From contig NZ_CP064923.1 of NCBI RefSeq assembly GCF_018336915.1, positions 780,001-812,000 on the forward strand: a DNA stretch of 32,000 nucleotides. Direction: 5' to 3'. The translations under genes and the position numbers were made by a program. Shown here piece by piece: positions 9,390-18,964 of the stretch (position 1 is its first letter; each line of letters starts with the position of its first letter). Below the pieces are notes generated by a model. It searched no databases, had not been told where the DNA came from, and saw nothing but the letters and a program-made list of their open reading frames with translations. This DNA comes from Acaryochloris marina S15 (GTDB taxonomy: Bacteria; Cyanobacteriota; Cyanobacteriia; Thermosynechococcales; Thermosynechococcaceae).

Positions 9390-9420
9390 TTGACAGTTTG
9401 GGGAAGCAAACTGTTAAGAT
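9390..9420 (+). promoter_or_regulatory. Candidate sigma70-type promoter for tRNA-Gln
   Basis: TTGACA (9390-9395) and TGtTAAGAT (extended -10-like; TAAGAT 9415-9420). The spacer is 18-19 nt, which is slightly long. It would give a ~25-nt leader before the tRNA at 9450. Confidence 0.3.
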
Positions 9421-9449
9421 ATTCGAGCCTGAAAAAATTACTGTCGCAT

Positions 9450-9521
9450 TGGGGCGTCGCCAAGTGGTAAGGCACCTGGTTTTGGTCCAGGCATTCGGAG
9501 GTTCGAATCCTTCCGCCCCAG
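9450..9521 (+). tRNA. tRNA-Gln (anticodon UUG)
   Basis: TGGGGCGTCGCCAAGTGGTAAGGCACCTGGTTTTGGTCCAGGCATTCGGAGGTTCGAATCCTTCCGCCCCAG. Acceptor TGGGGCG/CGCCCCA, anticodon stem CCTGG/CCAGG with loop TTTTGGT (anticodon TTG), and a GGTTCGAATCC T-arm. 72 nt, CCA not encoded. Confidence 0.9.
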
Positions 9522-9601
9522 TTTATTTGATAACGCTAGCAGTTGAGGCAAAAGTAAGCACTTTGCCTGGGGAATGCTGGCGGCATGATTAATCTATAGC
9601 C

Positions 9602-10378
9602 ATGAGCTTATCCTTACCCCAAACCATAGCCCTTGATTTTGATGGTGTTCTTTGCAATGGTTTGCGAGAATATTTTCTCACTACTTGGCGGGCCTATAGC
9701 AGAATTTGGCCTACCTCAACTTCAGAGCCTGCTCCAGAATTAGCAGAGCATTTCTACCACCTGCGCCCAGTGATTGAGACGGGTTGGGAAATGCCTGTAC
9801 TTCTGCGCGCCATTTTGAAGGGGTTTTCCGAAGCTCAGGTGTTAGCAGACTGGTCCTCGATCCGTGATCGGATCGTTGTCGAGGAAGACCTGGATCGAAA
9901 AAGCTTGGTCCAACAGGTCGATGGAGTCCGCGATCACTGGATTGCCTCAGATCTAGAGAATTGGTTGGCCTTACATGAGTTCTACCCTGGGGTCGTTTCT
10001 GCACTCCAAACCCTTAGTCAGGATATTGAAGTCATTATTATCAGCACTAAGGAAAGCCGATTTATTTATACCTTACTCAAAAACGCGGGGGTGGATTTAT
10101 CCCGAGATCGCATCTATGGCAAAGATTGCCGTCGCCCCAAGTATGAGACCTTAAGATTGCTAATCCCAGAAGTGGCTGGCCCAATCTGGTTTGTGGAAGA
10201 TCGAATAGCCGCACTGGAGCAGGTTAAGGAACAATCTGATTTGGCAGAGATTGGTTTGTTTTTAGGGACGTGGGGATACAATACGGCGTGCGATCGCAAA
10301 CGTGCCCATCAAGATCAACGCATCCATGCCTTAGACCTAGAGCAGTTTTGCCAATCCCTAACCCAATGGGTTGTATAA
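9602..10378 (+). CDS. HAD-superfamily hydrolase
   Basis: 258 aa. Motif I IALDFDGVLCNG (DxDG), a later IIISTKE (motif II Ser/Thr) and FVEDR (acidic motif IV). Confidence 0.75.
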   Translation: MSLSLPQTIALDFDGVLCNGLREYFLTTWRAYSRIWPTSTSEPAPELAEHFYHLRPVIETGWEMPVLLRAILKGFSEAQVLADWSSIRDRIVVEEDLDRKSLVQQVDGVRDHWIASDLENWLALHEFYPGVVSALQTLSQDIEVIIISTKESRFIYTLLKNAGVDLSRDRIYGKDCRRPKYETLRLLIPEVAGPIWFVEDRIAALEQVKEQSDLAEIGLFLGTWGYNTACDRKRAHQDQRIHALDLEQFCQSLTQWVV

Positions 10379-10406
10379 ATTATTTTGGGTTAAATAGCGG
10401 GACTCT

Positions 10407-10799
10407 CTAGGCCGGTATCAAGGCTAAGACAACGCCAACCAGCCCTGCTAAGACTAGTACTAGACTGCTTAAAGACGCAATGGCAAAGCCAGGACCTCGT
10501 TTCTCTGCAGCTTGGTAATACCCCCAAGCATAAAGAGCACGGCCACCCACCCATAGCATTCCTAGCCCCGATCCCCATAACGGATTGAGATAGAAGCAGA
10601 ATATCCACAAAGCTGGCAGGAAGAAAATCAACTGCTCCAGCATATTTTGCTGGACTCGTAGAACCCGCTCAAAATCAGGATTGCCAGACATTTGGGGAGC
10701 TGGGATGCCGTATTTAGCGCGGGCACGCCCGACATTAATAGTGACTACAAAATACAGCAATAATGCAAGCAGACTAACGAGTGCTGGCCAAGGTGACAT
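10407..10799 (-). CDS. MAPEG-family membrane protein (glutathione S-transferase-like)
   Basis: Small multi-TM protein. RVQQNMLEQLIFFLP fits the MAPEG R...N..E...P/F signature. My preferred start is ATG at 10799 (MSPWPALV...); the ORF track starts at TTG 10805. Confidence 0.75.
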   Translation of the reverse strand: MSPWPALVSLLALLLYFVVTINVGRARAKYGIPAPQMSGNPDFERVLRVQQNMLEQLIFFLPALWIFCFYLNPLWGSGLGMLWVGGRALYAWGYYQAAEKRGPGFAIASLSSLVLVLAGLVGVVLALIPA

Positions 10800-10857
10800 C
10801 AACAATACTCCTTTGTTTGATTAGGTTTAGCGACTTTTTAAGATCTCAGGTTCAGAA

Positions 10858-11208
10858 TTACGATATATCCGTCTTCGGAAGAAAAGAGGCGCAATCTTGG
10901 CAAGGGCCATCAGGATTAATCGCACATCGTAATAAAGCTGAATGAGCATTGTACTTGCAATTTTCATCGCCTATGCTACCCATTGTATTCATCGCTCCAA
11001 TGGCCAGCTGCACATACACCGCAATGTGGTGGAGTTGATAATGATTAGCTTGAAGTTGATAGCGATGTCGCCGTTCTAAGACCGTATACTGCCGACCCGC
11101 TACTTCCAGTTGTGCGCCAGGTTGGGGACTATCTTCTAAATAGAGATGGCCCAAGGATTGAGGCGGATGATAAAGATGAATCTCAGTGAGAATCTGCTGT
11201 GGCTTCAT
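10858..11208 (-). CDS. Hypothetical protein with a C-terminal four-Cys motif
   Basis: 116-aa ORF with ATG start. C-terminus CKYNAHSALLRCAINPDGPCQDC = C-x10-C-x7-C-x2-C. The N-terminal half is His/Gln-rich. I can name no family with certainty. Confidence 0.55.
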   Translation of the reverse strand: MKPQQILTEIHLYHPPQSLGHLYLEDSPQPGAQLEVAGRQYTVLERRHRYQLQANHYQLHHIAVYVQLAIGAMNTMGSIGDENCKYNAHSALLRCAINPDGPCQDCASFLPKTDIS

Positions 11209-12169
11209 ACTCAGCGTCAGGCTGCATATTGATGTTACGTTACACGTTCTCTAAGCTCGACTCAAGGGGAATCCCTGGTCCATAGGTTTAACCATCTTGG
11301 TTCGTAGACCAAAGGCTAGCAATTACCAAGTACATGAGTCATTAAGTGTGGCGAACGATTGTAGAACAGCATTTTCATCTGTGTAGATTGAAGCTGCATG
11401 AAATGAGCTGACTCTTGCTTGGATGCTTAGGGCTAAGGTCGCCATAGGAGCCAGGTTTAAGATATGAGGTCAGTCTCCACCATCTTGGAGTACTCGTTTA
11501 AGACTGGTCCCAAAAGGTGGAGTAAAATAACGATGGAGTCGCTTTATAGCTTGCTTCTGAGATATAGATTGCCCCCTTAAGATTCAGTGCCCTAAGAAAG
11601 CTGGTAGGTCTCCACTCTTTTTTCCGTCCACAATGGTTTATCTGAATTCTCTACACTGAAGATAGGTCATTATTGGCCATCTCATTTCCAGTAGTCCAAA
11701 AAGCTTGTTAGGGTGAAAACTCTATGGAAGAGGTCATATTAGCTATTTTGCCCCCTCTCAACGTTTGAAAGGTACTGGAAATTCAGATCCCTAATGGGCA
11801 TAAAACCAAATGTTGAAGTGGCAGGATCAGTTCTCTCCTAATCTTGTACAGATGTAGGTTGCATTATTGGAGGTCATTTTCTATCATGCAGATGAAATTT
11901 AAAAATCTTTGATAAAGTAGATATTTAAGATCATTTCACAAAAAAATTTACAATTTCTTCGATTTTTGATTATGCTGAGGTGGACTCAAAACGCTTTTAC
12001 TTCTTTTTAGAATGGGCTGTAGATTCAGACAAGTGGGTGGGAAGGATGAAATTATCCTTGTTTATAATCTTTACAAGCCTGTTTTAAACATGAAGAAGCA
12101 CTTCTGATCCAATCGTTGTTAACTGATGCGCTTGCACCTCTTTAATATTGTCCACACTGAGCAGTTTGC

Positions 12170-12931
12170 ATGAAAACCCGGATACTTGTTATTGATGATG
12201 ATCCTGCGATTGCAGAGTTGGTTGCGATCAACCTGGAAATGGCAGGCTACGATGTAGCCCAAGCAACTGACGGGATTAAAGGGCAAGCGTTGGCCGTCCA
12301 GTTACTGCCAGATTTGATCATCTTGGACCTGATGCTTCCCAAAGTCGATGGTTTTACCATTTGCCAGCGGTTACGACGTGATCAGAGGACAGCCGATATC
12401 CCAATTCTGATGTTAACGGCCCTTAGTCAGACCCAAGATAAGGTCGAAGGATTTAATGCTGGGGCCGATGACTATCTCACCAAGCCCTTTGAGCTAGAAG
12501 AAATGCTGGCCCGAGTTCGCGCCTTACTGCGACGAACTGATCGCATTCCGCAAGCGGCTCGCCATAGCGAAATCCTCAGTTATGGCCCGCTTACTCTTGT
12601 GCCTGAGCGGTTTGAAGTTCTGTGGGTAGATAAAGTCATTAAGTTGACTCGTTTAGAGTTTGAGTTGCTGCACTGTCTGCTTCAACGTCATGGTCAAACC
12701 GTCTCTCCCAGCGAAATTCTCCAGGAAGTTTGGGGATACGATCCTAACGATGATATTGAAACAATTCGGGTGCATGTTCGCCATTTGCGCACCAAGCTAG
12801 AGCCAGATCCCCGACATCCTCAGTATATTAAGACGGTATATGGGGCGGGATATTGCTTAGAGCTTCCTCACGCGGCAGAAGTTGAGAATGCTGAAGCCAC
12901 TAATGAGGAAAACCAGGCCTCTGTCACCTAA
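12170..12931 (+). CDS. rpaA: OmpR-family response regulator RpaA (circadian clock output regulator)
   Basis: REC plus winged-helix domains. Long stretches match my recollection of Synechococcus elongatus RpaA: [89 protein letters not shown] and [37 protein letters not shown]. Confidence 0.9.
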   Translation: MKTRILVIDDDPAIAELVAINLEMAGYDVAQATDGIKGQALAVQLLPDLIILDLMLPKVDGFTICQRLRRDQRTADIPILMLTALSQTQDKVEGFNAGADDYLTKPFELEEMLARVRALLRRTDRIPQAARHSEILSYGPLTLVPERFEVLWVDKVIKLTRLEFELLHCLLQRHGQTVSPSEILQEVWGYDPNDDIETIRVHVRHLRTKLEPDPRHPQYIKTVYGAGYCLELPHAAEVENAEATNEENQASVT

Positions 12932-15651
12932 GGCGAAGACTCACGAACGGGTTCTTCTGGTAACAAGTCTTCATCAGACATGACTACTTCAACTGCTGTC
13001 TCGGGCAGTAAGCTAGTATCGCTAATGGGAAAACGATTCATGAGCTGCTGTGCTCGTCTGGCATTTTTTTGTAGCTCCTGAGACAGATAGGGTACGTAGG
13101 GGATTTGCGAGAGTAAGTCTACCGTACGTCGCAGAATACGAACTAAATCACCTGCATCTAGGCTAGTGGCATCGCATAGATCGCTCCAACTAAGGCCTAA
13201 TGCCCATTGTTCGACTAAGCCGACTAATTCAGTATCTAAGCACACAGGAAAGGGGACTTCATAGCGATGTTGTGTTTGAATCAGTTGCTGCCGTAGTGGA
13301 CGTAAGGGTTTGATCGCTTGCTGAACTGTAGCGCTAGGATGGAATTTCATCCATACATCAGGCCGTGTATTGTCCACCACCAGGGCAGCACAAACGGCAG
13401 CAAGAATATGGGGATCGAGAGTATTGAGAGCTTGCGATTTGAATGCTAACCCTAACCAGAGTTCATTCTCCCCTCTAAAAGCTGCGGTGATTTGACCTAG
13501 CTCTGTAGGGTTCACATCGTCCAATCCACGAAATTTTTGGAGAATGTCTACCAATGCAATAAAAGCTTGCCATTGATGTTGAAATTGGCGATTAAATTTC
13601 GTTTCTCGATCGTGAAGCTGTCTTTCTAGGGTCGTGACCCGCCGCTGCCACCGTAGAAACTTACTATGATCCTGACGAGAAGTATGGGCAGGATGTTGGT
13701 GCATTTGAGACTTTACAGCTTGTAACTGCTGTTGTTGATGTGTCACTTCTGGCGCAGGCTGCCAAGTGCTGTCAGGAATCTGTTCTGCAACTTGAAGGCT
13801 AATGGCATCACCCTGTTTAGACTGTCCTTTTTTAGTCAGGGATGAAGGGACCGTTAGCTGTTGGATTTTTGCGGAGTGATCTAACTGCCCATCCAAATGC
13901 ATCACGTCACTCCGAGAAATAACGGACCAGTGATTGTCTTGACTCAAGCAAACCAAATACGGGAAATGGCCAGGGCTGGGAATAGTTGCGACAAAAACAC
14001 TGGCAATAAGCGTTCTAGATTTAGGCTGAGCCAAGCTCAACAGTGCTCCCAATTCGATATGGTCCAGCAGCAGGGTTAATTCACTAGAACGAGTTTCCTG
14101 GGCTTGCTGTTCCAGAATCTTTAGCAACCGGCGCTCTTCTTTGAGGCGCTGCTGCAATTTTTGATAACGCTTTAAAGCCTCTTCATCGATTGTTCCGAGC
14201 TTTTGTCGCAACAGGGTCAACTCTTGTTGCAGATCTGTGATCGCTTGTTTCTGAGGTGAAAGTTGCACGCTGGCAATATATTGACCGAAGCTTTTATCGA
14301 TTAATCTTTTGGACTCATCCAGGGTACGGGTTTGCAGCAGGTTCAGCACCATGCCATAGCTAGGTGTGAACTGGCTGACTAAAGGATCCGGTCCAATCGT
14401 GGCCAGGTAGGCTGCTTCCTTCGCCCCCTCAAAAGGCGTTTGTACCGTGATCACATAGCCTTGATTATCCATGCCTCGTCGTCCTGCTCGACCAGCCATT
14501 TGCAGGACTTCAGAAGCGGTGAGTAACCGATGGCCTAAATCCGTTCGCTTGGATAAACTGGCAATCACGGTGGTGCGAGCAGGCATATTGATCCCTGCAG
14601 CTAGGGTTTCCGTTGCAAACACCACTTTGATTAACCCCGCCTGAAAGAGTTCCTCCACCCAGGTTTTCCACTGGGGAAGCAAGCCCGCATGATGAGCTGC
14701 AATACCATGGGCGATCGCAGCAAATTGTTCTGGCCGCCCCACATCGGGATGCTGCTGTCGAAATATCTCCATCTGCGTCTGCATTTGTGCTGATTCATCA
14801 GGGCTCAGAAGATTGAGGTGGGTCGTGGATTCGACGGTGCGATCGCAGCCCTTGCGACTAAAAATAAAATAAATTGCCGGCAACATCTCTCGCTCGCGCA
14901 AATGCTGCAATACAGCGATCACATCAGGACTATCAGCGCGACGCTGATGACGATGGCCATGATGTTTTTTTGCCTGGGCCTTTAATCTCGGGTTGAGGGC
15001 TGTGTCTTGTTGATTCAATAGTGGGAACAGTCCCTTCGCATTCGCAAAGAAATAGGCCAAAGGAACAGGACGCCAATCCGATTCAATCAGTTGTGTTGGA
15101 CCATGCACCCAGCTCATCCAATCCACTAGTTGTTGTGCATTGGCAACCGTCGCAGATAAAGCGATCAGTTGAATATCGGCAGGGCAATAAATAATAGACT
15201 CTTCCCAAACCGTCCCCCGTTGACGATCGTTCATATAGTGACATTCATCCAAGATGACTGACGTCACCCCCTCCAAAGAAGTATTGACCACATCAGTCAG
15301 CGTGCCATAGAGGATATTTCGGAAAATTTCCGTTGTCATAACCAAAATGGGGGCCGCTCGATTAACCGAAAGATCCCCCGTCAAGAGCCCAACCGCCTGG
15401 TCACCAAACATGTACTGAAAGTCTCTCAGCTTTTGGTTCGAGAGCGCTTTTAGCGGTGTGGTGTAAAAAACGCGTTGCCCGTTCTGCAATGCTCGATAGA
15501 TCGCATATTCACCCACCATAGTCTTGCCTGACCCTGTGGGTGCCGACACGACTACCGATTGATTGGCATCTAAAGCAGCGATTGCTTGCTGTTGAAACTC
15601 ATCAAGCTGATACGGGAATAACTGCTGAAATTCAGGTACTGAAATGGGCAT
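12928..15651 (-). CDS. Ski2-like (HelY-type) DEAD/DEAH-box superfamily II RNA helicase
   Basis: 907 aa. Motif I APTGSGKT, motif II DECH, motif III SAT, HHAGLLP, motif [13 protein letters not shown], motif [12 protein letters not shown]. The long C-terminal region is as in Ski2/DSHCT helicases. Confidence 0.9.
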   Translation of the reverse strand: MPISVPEFQQLFPYQLDEFQQQAIAALDANQSVVVSAPTGSGKTMVGEYAIYRALQNGQRVFYTTPLKALSNQKLRDFQYMFGDQAVGLLTGDLSVNRAAPILVMTTEIFRNILYGTLTDVVNTSLEGVTSVILDECHYMNDRQRGTVWEESIIYCPADIQLIALSATVANAQQLVDWMSWVHGPTQLIESDWRPVPLAYFFANAKGLFPLLNQQDTALNPRLKAQAKKHHGHRHQRRADSPDVIAVLQHLREREMLPAIYFIFSRKGCDRTVESTTHLNLLSPDESAQMQTQMEIFRQQHPDVGRPEQFAAIAHGIAAHHAGLLPQWKTWVEELFQAGLIKVVFATETLAAGINMPARTTVIASLSKRTDLGHRLLTASEVLQMAGRAGRRGMDNQGYVITVQTPFEGAKEAAYLATIGPDPLVSQFTPSYGMVLNLLQTRTLDESKRLIDKSFGQYIASVQLSPQKQAITDLQQELTLLRQKLGTIDEEALKRYQKLQQRLKEERRLLKILEQQAQETRSSELTLLLDHIELGALLSLAQPKSRTLIASVFVATIPSPGHFPYLVCLSQDNHWSVISRSDVMHLDGQLDHSAKIQQLTVPSSLTKKGQSKQGDAISLQVAEQIPDSTWQPAPEVTHQQQQLQAVKSQMHQHPAHTSRQDHSKFLRWQRRVTTLERQLHDRETKFNRQFQHQWQAFIALVDILQKFRGLDDVNPTELGQITAAFRGENELWLGLAFKSQALNTLDPHILAAVCAALVVDNTRPDVWMKFHPSATVQQAIKPLRPLRQQLIQTQHRYEVPFPVCLDTELVGLVEQWALGLSWSDLCDATSLDAGDLVRILRRTVDLLSQIPYVPYLSQELQKNARRAQQLMNRFPISDTSLLPETAVEVVMSDEDLLPEEPVRESSP

Positions 15652-15730
15652 GCCCGCTGACTCGCTAAGACCAACATTAGGGATAACTCCCTGAGCTTAA
15701 GCATAGTCTTTTACCCCGTCAGGAACTGTC

Positions 15731-18700
15731 TTATTTGACTAAAACTTCCCCATTCAACATGCGTTGAGCTGCTTCCAGCAAGACTTCTTCCAAATAAGGT
15801 TTCGTGAAATATCCTTTCGCCCCTAGCTCTGTAGCCATTTGTTTATGGCGAGCAGCTCCTCTCGATGTCAGCATCGCTACAGGCAAGTCCTGCAGATCAT
15901 CATCTTGCTGTAGACGAGACAGTAACTCTAACCCATCCATCCGAGGCATTTCCACGTCACAGAAAACCAAATCACAGGGTAATCCAGATCGCAGTTTTTC
16001 CCATGCTTCCTGGCCATCACGGGCTTGTTCCACCCGATAGCCCACCTTATTGAAGGTCATGGACAGCAATTCTCGAACCGTAATCGAATCATCAACAATG
16101 AGTACCATCGGATCGGTAGCTTCTTCTACTTCCGTGTTTTCCAGAATACTCTTCCAGAGATTACTGTTCACCTCTAGGCGATCCAAGCACAGATCTACCA
16201 GTTCCATCACATCAGCAATGGCCATAATGCCACCATCACCCAGCACAGTGACGCCAGCAATGCCCATGGGTTTGGGAACCGGCCCCGCCAATTGTTTAAT
16301 TACAATTTCCTGTTCGGCCAAAACCTGTTCAACTTCAATGGCCACCAGATCATCTGCACTGCGAAGAATGACCACTGATGCCATGCCATCATCCTTCGTA
16401 TTACTAGCGTTATAAGATGAACTCCGCTTAAATCGACGACTATAGGCCAGCAATTCTCCTAATGGTTTGCAAGGCAGCTGCTTATCTTGCCAGGTTACCA
16501 ACACTTGTCCATCTGCATCTTGCTGCAACTGTTCCTTGGGAATATCAATCACATCTTGCACTCCGTCAATCGGGAATGCAATTTGAGTCGAATTATCGAT
16601 ACAACACAAGGCCTTCGTGATACTGAGGGTCAGAGGGAGTCGAATCGTAAACGTGGTGCCCTTGCCAATCCCTGAATCGGTATTAATCACCCCGCGAATT
16701 TCATGGATACTATTGCGGACAACATCCATGCCCACTCCACGACCCGCCAAATCATTGGCCTGTTCCTGGGTCGAGAAACCCGATTTAAATAGCAAGGCAT
16801 AGGCTTCTTGGCGAGATAGGGTGTCGGCCTCATCTTGGGTCAGTAAGTTTTTCTGGACGGCCTTCGCTTTCACACGCTCAATATCAATGCCAGCACCATC
16901 ATCCATGATCGAGATAACAGCTTGATTACCCTGATAAAAGGCCCGTAGTTTGATGACTCCTTCTTCGGCTTTACCCAAAGATTGGCGAATGTCAGGTGCT
17001 TCAATGCCATGAAACAGCGCATTATTCACCAAATGTGTCAGCGGATCATATAACCGCTCCAAAATACTTTTATCAATTAGAGTGTCACGACCTTCCAATT
17101 CCAGCCTGGCTTTTTTACCACACTTCATGGAAATATCACGGACGGCTCTAGGGAGTCGTTCTGCTACTTGGGAAAAAGGCACCATCCGCGACTGGGTTAG
17201 GCCTTCTTGCACCTGAGTTGTAATTTGACGGAACATCCGCGTAACTTGTTCGGTTCCCCCAACAATAAACTCAATATCAGAGGCCGCTTCACGCACCCGA
17301 ACAATGCGTTCAATCATCTCTTGGGATAAGGTGTGGAACCCCGTGAAACTATCCATTTCTAGGGCATCAAATTGCTGGCCTGTGGAATGACCGCCAGAAT
17401 TACCATTTCCACCGTTTCCACTGGCAACCGCCTGCTGTTGGCGACTACTCAACAATGAATTTTCCAATAACGAACGCTCATACAGATCTTCCATATTCCG
17501 CCCTAGATCATTTAGTTGCTGAACTTGCAACAACAAATTATCCAAAAACTGCCGTAAACGATTTTGGCTATCTTCTAGGGAGTTACGGCTAACCACCAAC
17601 TCGCCAATTAAGTTCCCTAGATTGTCCAATTGCTTCACAGGAACTTTCATGGTTTGTGCAATGGCACTCCCCCGCCGCGATGGCTTAGTACCTGTGCGCT
17701 TCTGTGGCGCTTTGGCCTGTTCCTTAGCCTTTGTTGGACGACTTGGCTCTTCTAGAAGTTTTTCAAGATCATTGAAGTCATCATTTGATGGGGCCAAAGC
17801 GGGAGCAGTGGCCCCATTTGTTGGTGTTTCAGCCAACAAGGCGTCTAAGTTAGAAAAATTATTGTCTGTAGCAGCAACGGGCTCAGGAACTTCAGCAGTC
17901 GTGGATGTGTCGAAATTTAATGCCGGTTCATTGAACAAGTCATCAAGGAAAGAAGCTCCCGTATCTGCATTTGTCGAAGCACTCGTGTCTTCTTCCGCAA
18001 ATAAGCCTAACCAATCTTCAGTCTCAGTCTCGGCTGAACTCGTAACTCCTAGGTCACCAAAGTCTAGTGCAGGCATCAAATCTAACAGTGCGGCCATCGG
18101 CTTCACATCTGCTGCACGTTGCGCTAAAACTAAGTCTCTTGCTTCTTTAATATTAGGAACGATCACTCCTGCAAGGGTCGCAAAGGAGTTGCTGGAGTCA
18201 GCTACGACAACACCTGCTACTTCTAAGAGTTCAGCCCAACCTTTTAGCTGAAATTCCTGTCCGACTTGGCCCAGATCCTGACAGATCTTGGTTAATGTCT
18301 GGCGATTTTCTGGTGTATCAGGCTGTTTGAATAATCCCAGAATCTCTCGTAAATATTGCAAGATGTCTGTTTGAAAAAGTTCAAGACATTGAGCATCCAA
18401 CACCTCTGGCTCGGCGGTTGTTTTCTGCGGTGTAGGTGCAGGGGCATCACTTAATAGAGCGCTGATATCAACGCCTGGACCTGCTATCTCGGTCAGATGG
18501 CTGTCGATTTCAGAAAAAACCGGGTCGATTTCCGATATGGTCTTGGCTGACAACTCATCCGATAAGCCAAAGGACTGCTCTAATTCTTCCGTCAGAATAT
18601 GGAGGGCATCAAAACTTTTAAATAGTAAAGACTCTAGTTTCTGATCGACCGGAAGGTCATGCTCTTTCAGTACTTTGAAGTAATCTTCCAACCGGTGAGA

Positions 18701-18901
18701 AATATGCTGCATGCTGTAAATACCCAGCATTGCAGCCCCCCCTTTCACTGAATGAGCGGCTCGGAATACTTCATTCAAAGATTCAGGATCGGCAACAACG
18801 GTCTGCAAATTCAGCAAACCATGCTCGATTGTATTGAGGTGCTCTTTAGCCTCCTCAATAAAGTAGACCATAATCCGCTGTTGTTCTGGCTGCATTACCA
18901 T
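15731..18901 (-). CDS. Hybrid chemotaxis-type histidine kinase, Hpt-CheA-CheW-REC (HmpE/PilL-like)
   Basis: 1056 aa. N-terminal Hpt AAHSVKGGAAMLG, an acidic/Ala-Pro-rich linker, N-box HLVNNALFHGIE, G1 DDGAGID, G2 GRGVGMDVV, a CheW-like domain, and a C-terminal receiver (LIVDDS ... CDVEMPRMDG ... TSRG ... KPY). Confidence 0.9.
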   Translation of the reverse strand: MVMQPEQQRIMVYFIEEAKEHLNTIEHGLLNLQTVVADPESLNEVFRAAHSVKGGAAMLGIYSMQHISHRLEDYFKVLKEHDLPVDQKLESLLFKSFDALHILTEELEQSFGLSDELSAKTISEIDPVFSEIDSHLTEIAGPGVDISALLSDAPAPTPQKTTAEPEVLDAQCLELFQTDILQYLREILGLFKQPDTPENRQTLTKICQDLGQVGQEFQLKGWAELLEVAGVVVADSSNSFATLAGVIVPNIKEARDLVLAQRAADVKPMAALLDLMPALDFGDLGVTSSAETETEDWLGLFAEEDTSASTNADTGASFLDDLFNEPALNFDTSTTAEVPEPVAATDNNFSNLDALLAETPTNGATAPALAPSNDDFNDLEKLLEEPSRPTKAKEQAKAPQKRTGTKPSRRGSAIAQTMKVPVKQLDNLGNLIGELVVSRNSLEDSQNRLRQFLDNLLLQVQQLNDLGRNMEDLYERSLLENSLLSSRQQQAVASGNGGNGNSGGHSTGQQFDALEMDSFTGFHTLSQEMIERIVRVREAASDIEFIVGGTEQVTRMFRQITTQVQEGLTQSRMVPFSQVAERLPRAVRDISMKCGKKARLELEGRDTLIDKSILERLYDPLTHLVNNALFHGIEAPDIRQSLGKAEEGVIKLRAFYQGNQAVISIMDDGAGIDIERVKAKAVQKNLLTQDEADTLSRQEAYALLFKSGFSTQEQANDLAGRGVGMDVVRNSIHEIRGVINTDSGIGKGTTFTIRLPLTLSITKALCCIDNSTQIAFPIDGVQDVIDIPKEQLQQDADGQVLVTWQDKQLPCKPLGELLAYSRRFKRSSSYNASNTKDDGMASVVILRSADDLVAIEVEQVLAEQEIVIKQLAGPVPKPMGIAGVTVLGDGGIMAIADVMELVDLCLDRLEVNSNLWKSILENTEVEEATDPMVLIVDDSITVRELLSMTFNKVGYRVEQARDGQEAWEKLRSGLPCDLVFCDVEMPRMDGLELLSRLQQDDDLQDLPVAMLTSRGAARHKQMATELGAKGYFTKPYLEEVLLEAAQRMLNGEVLVK

Positions 18902-18964
18902 CTTCCTTAGGATGCTGTAAAACGATAAGTCAAATTGATGATTTAGAAATTAGGCTACAAAGCC

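Noticed and set aside
2321-9521. Possibility of a tRNA-associated genomic island between or beside tRNA-Ser and tRNA-Gln
   Set aside because: I saw no integrase, no direct repeat of a tRNA 3' end, and no transposase or phage genes. The intervening genes (ado, aar, the lptF/G-like permease and others) are core cyanobacterial functions and carry HIP1 copies.
9546-9568. 7-bp hairpin aggcaaa/tttgcct downstream of tRNA-Gln
   Set aside because: The stem is short, the loop is 9 nt, and GGGG follows rather than a U-tract. This is insufficient for a terminator call.
9326-9592. 88-aa plus-strand ORF from the track
   Set aside because: It reads straight through tRNA-Gln(UUG) (9450-9521) and its promoter region, so it is an artefact.
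11291-11488. 10-mer ACCATCTTGG repeated at 11291 and 11479 in the rpaA upstream region
   Set aside because: A single repeated 10-mer within about 1 kb is roughly what chance predicts, so I do not treat it as a motif.
12069-12090. HLR1-like (RpaB-box) sequence CTTTACAAGCCTGTTTTAAACA upstream of rpaA, plus TTTACAAT at 11947-11954
   Set aside because: Only the first half-site (TTTACAAG) fits (G/T)TTACA(T/A)(T/A). The second repeat matches poorly whichever spacing is used. This is too weak to call without conservation or ChIP data.
17622-18251. 209-aa ORF antisense to the hybrid CheA gene (also 16050-16415, 15804-16053 and 16487-16802)
   Set aside because: It is an Ala/Ser/Val-rich mirror image of the acidic/Ala-Pro-rich linker on the coding strand. 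The sense strand carries unambiguous Hpt, HATPase, CheW and REC motifs.
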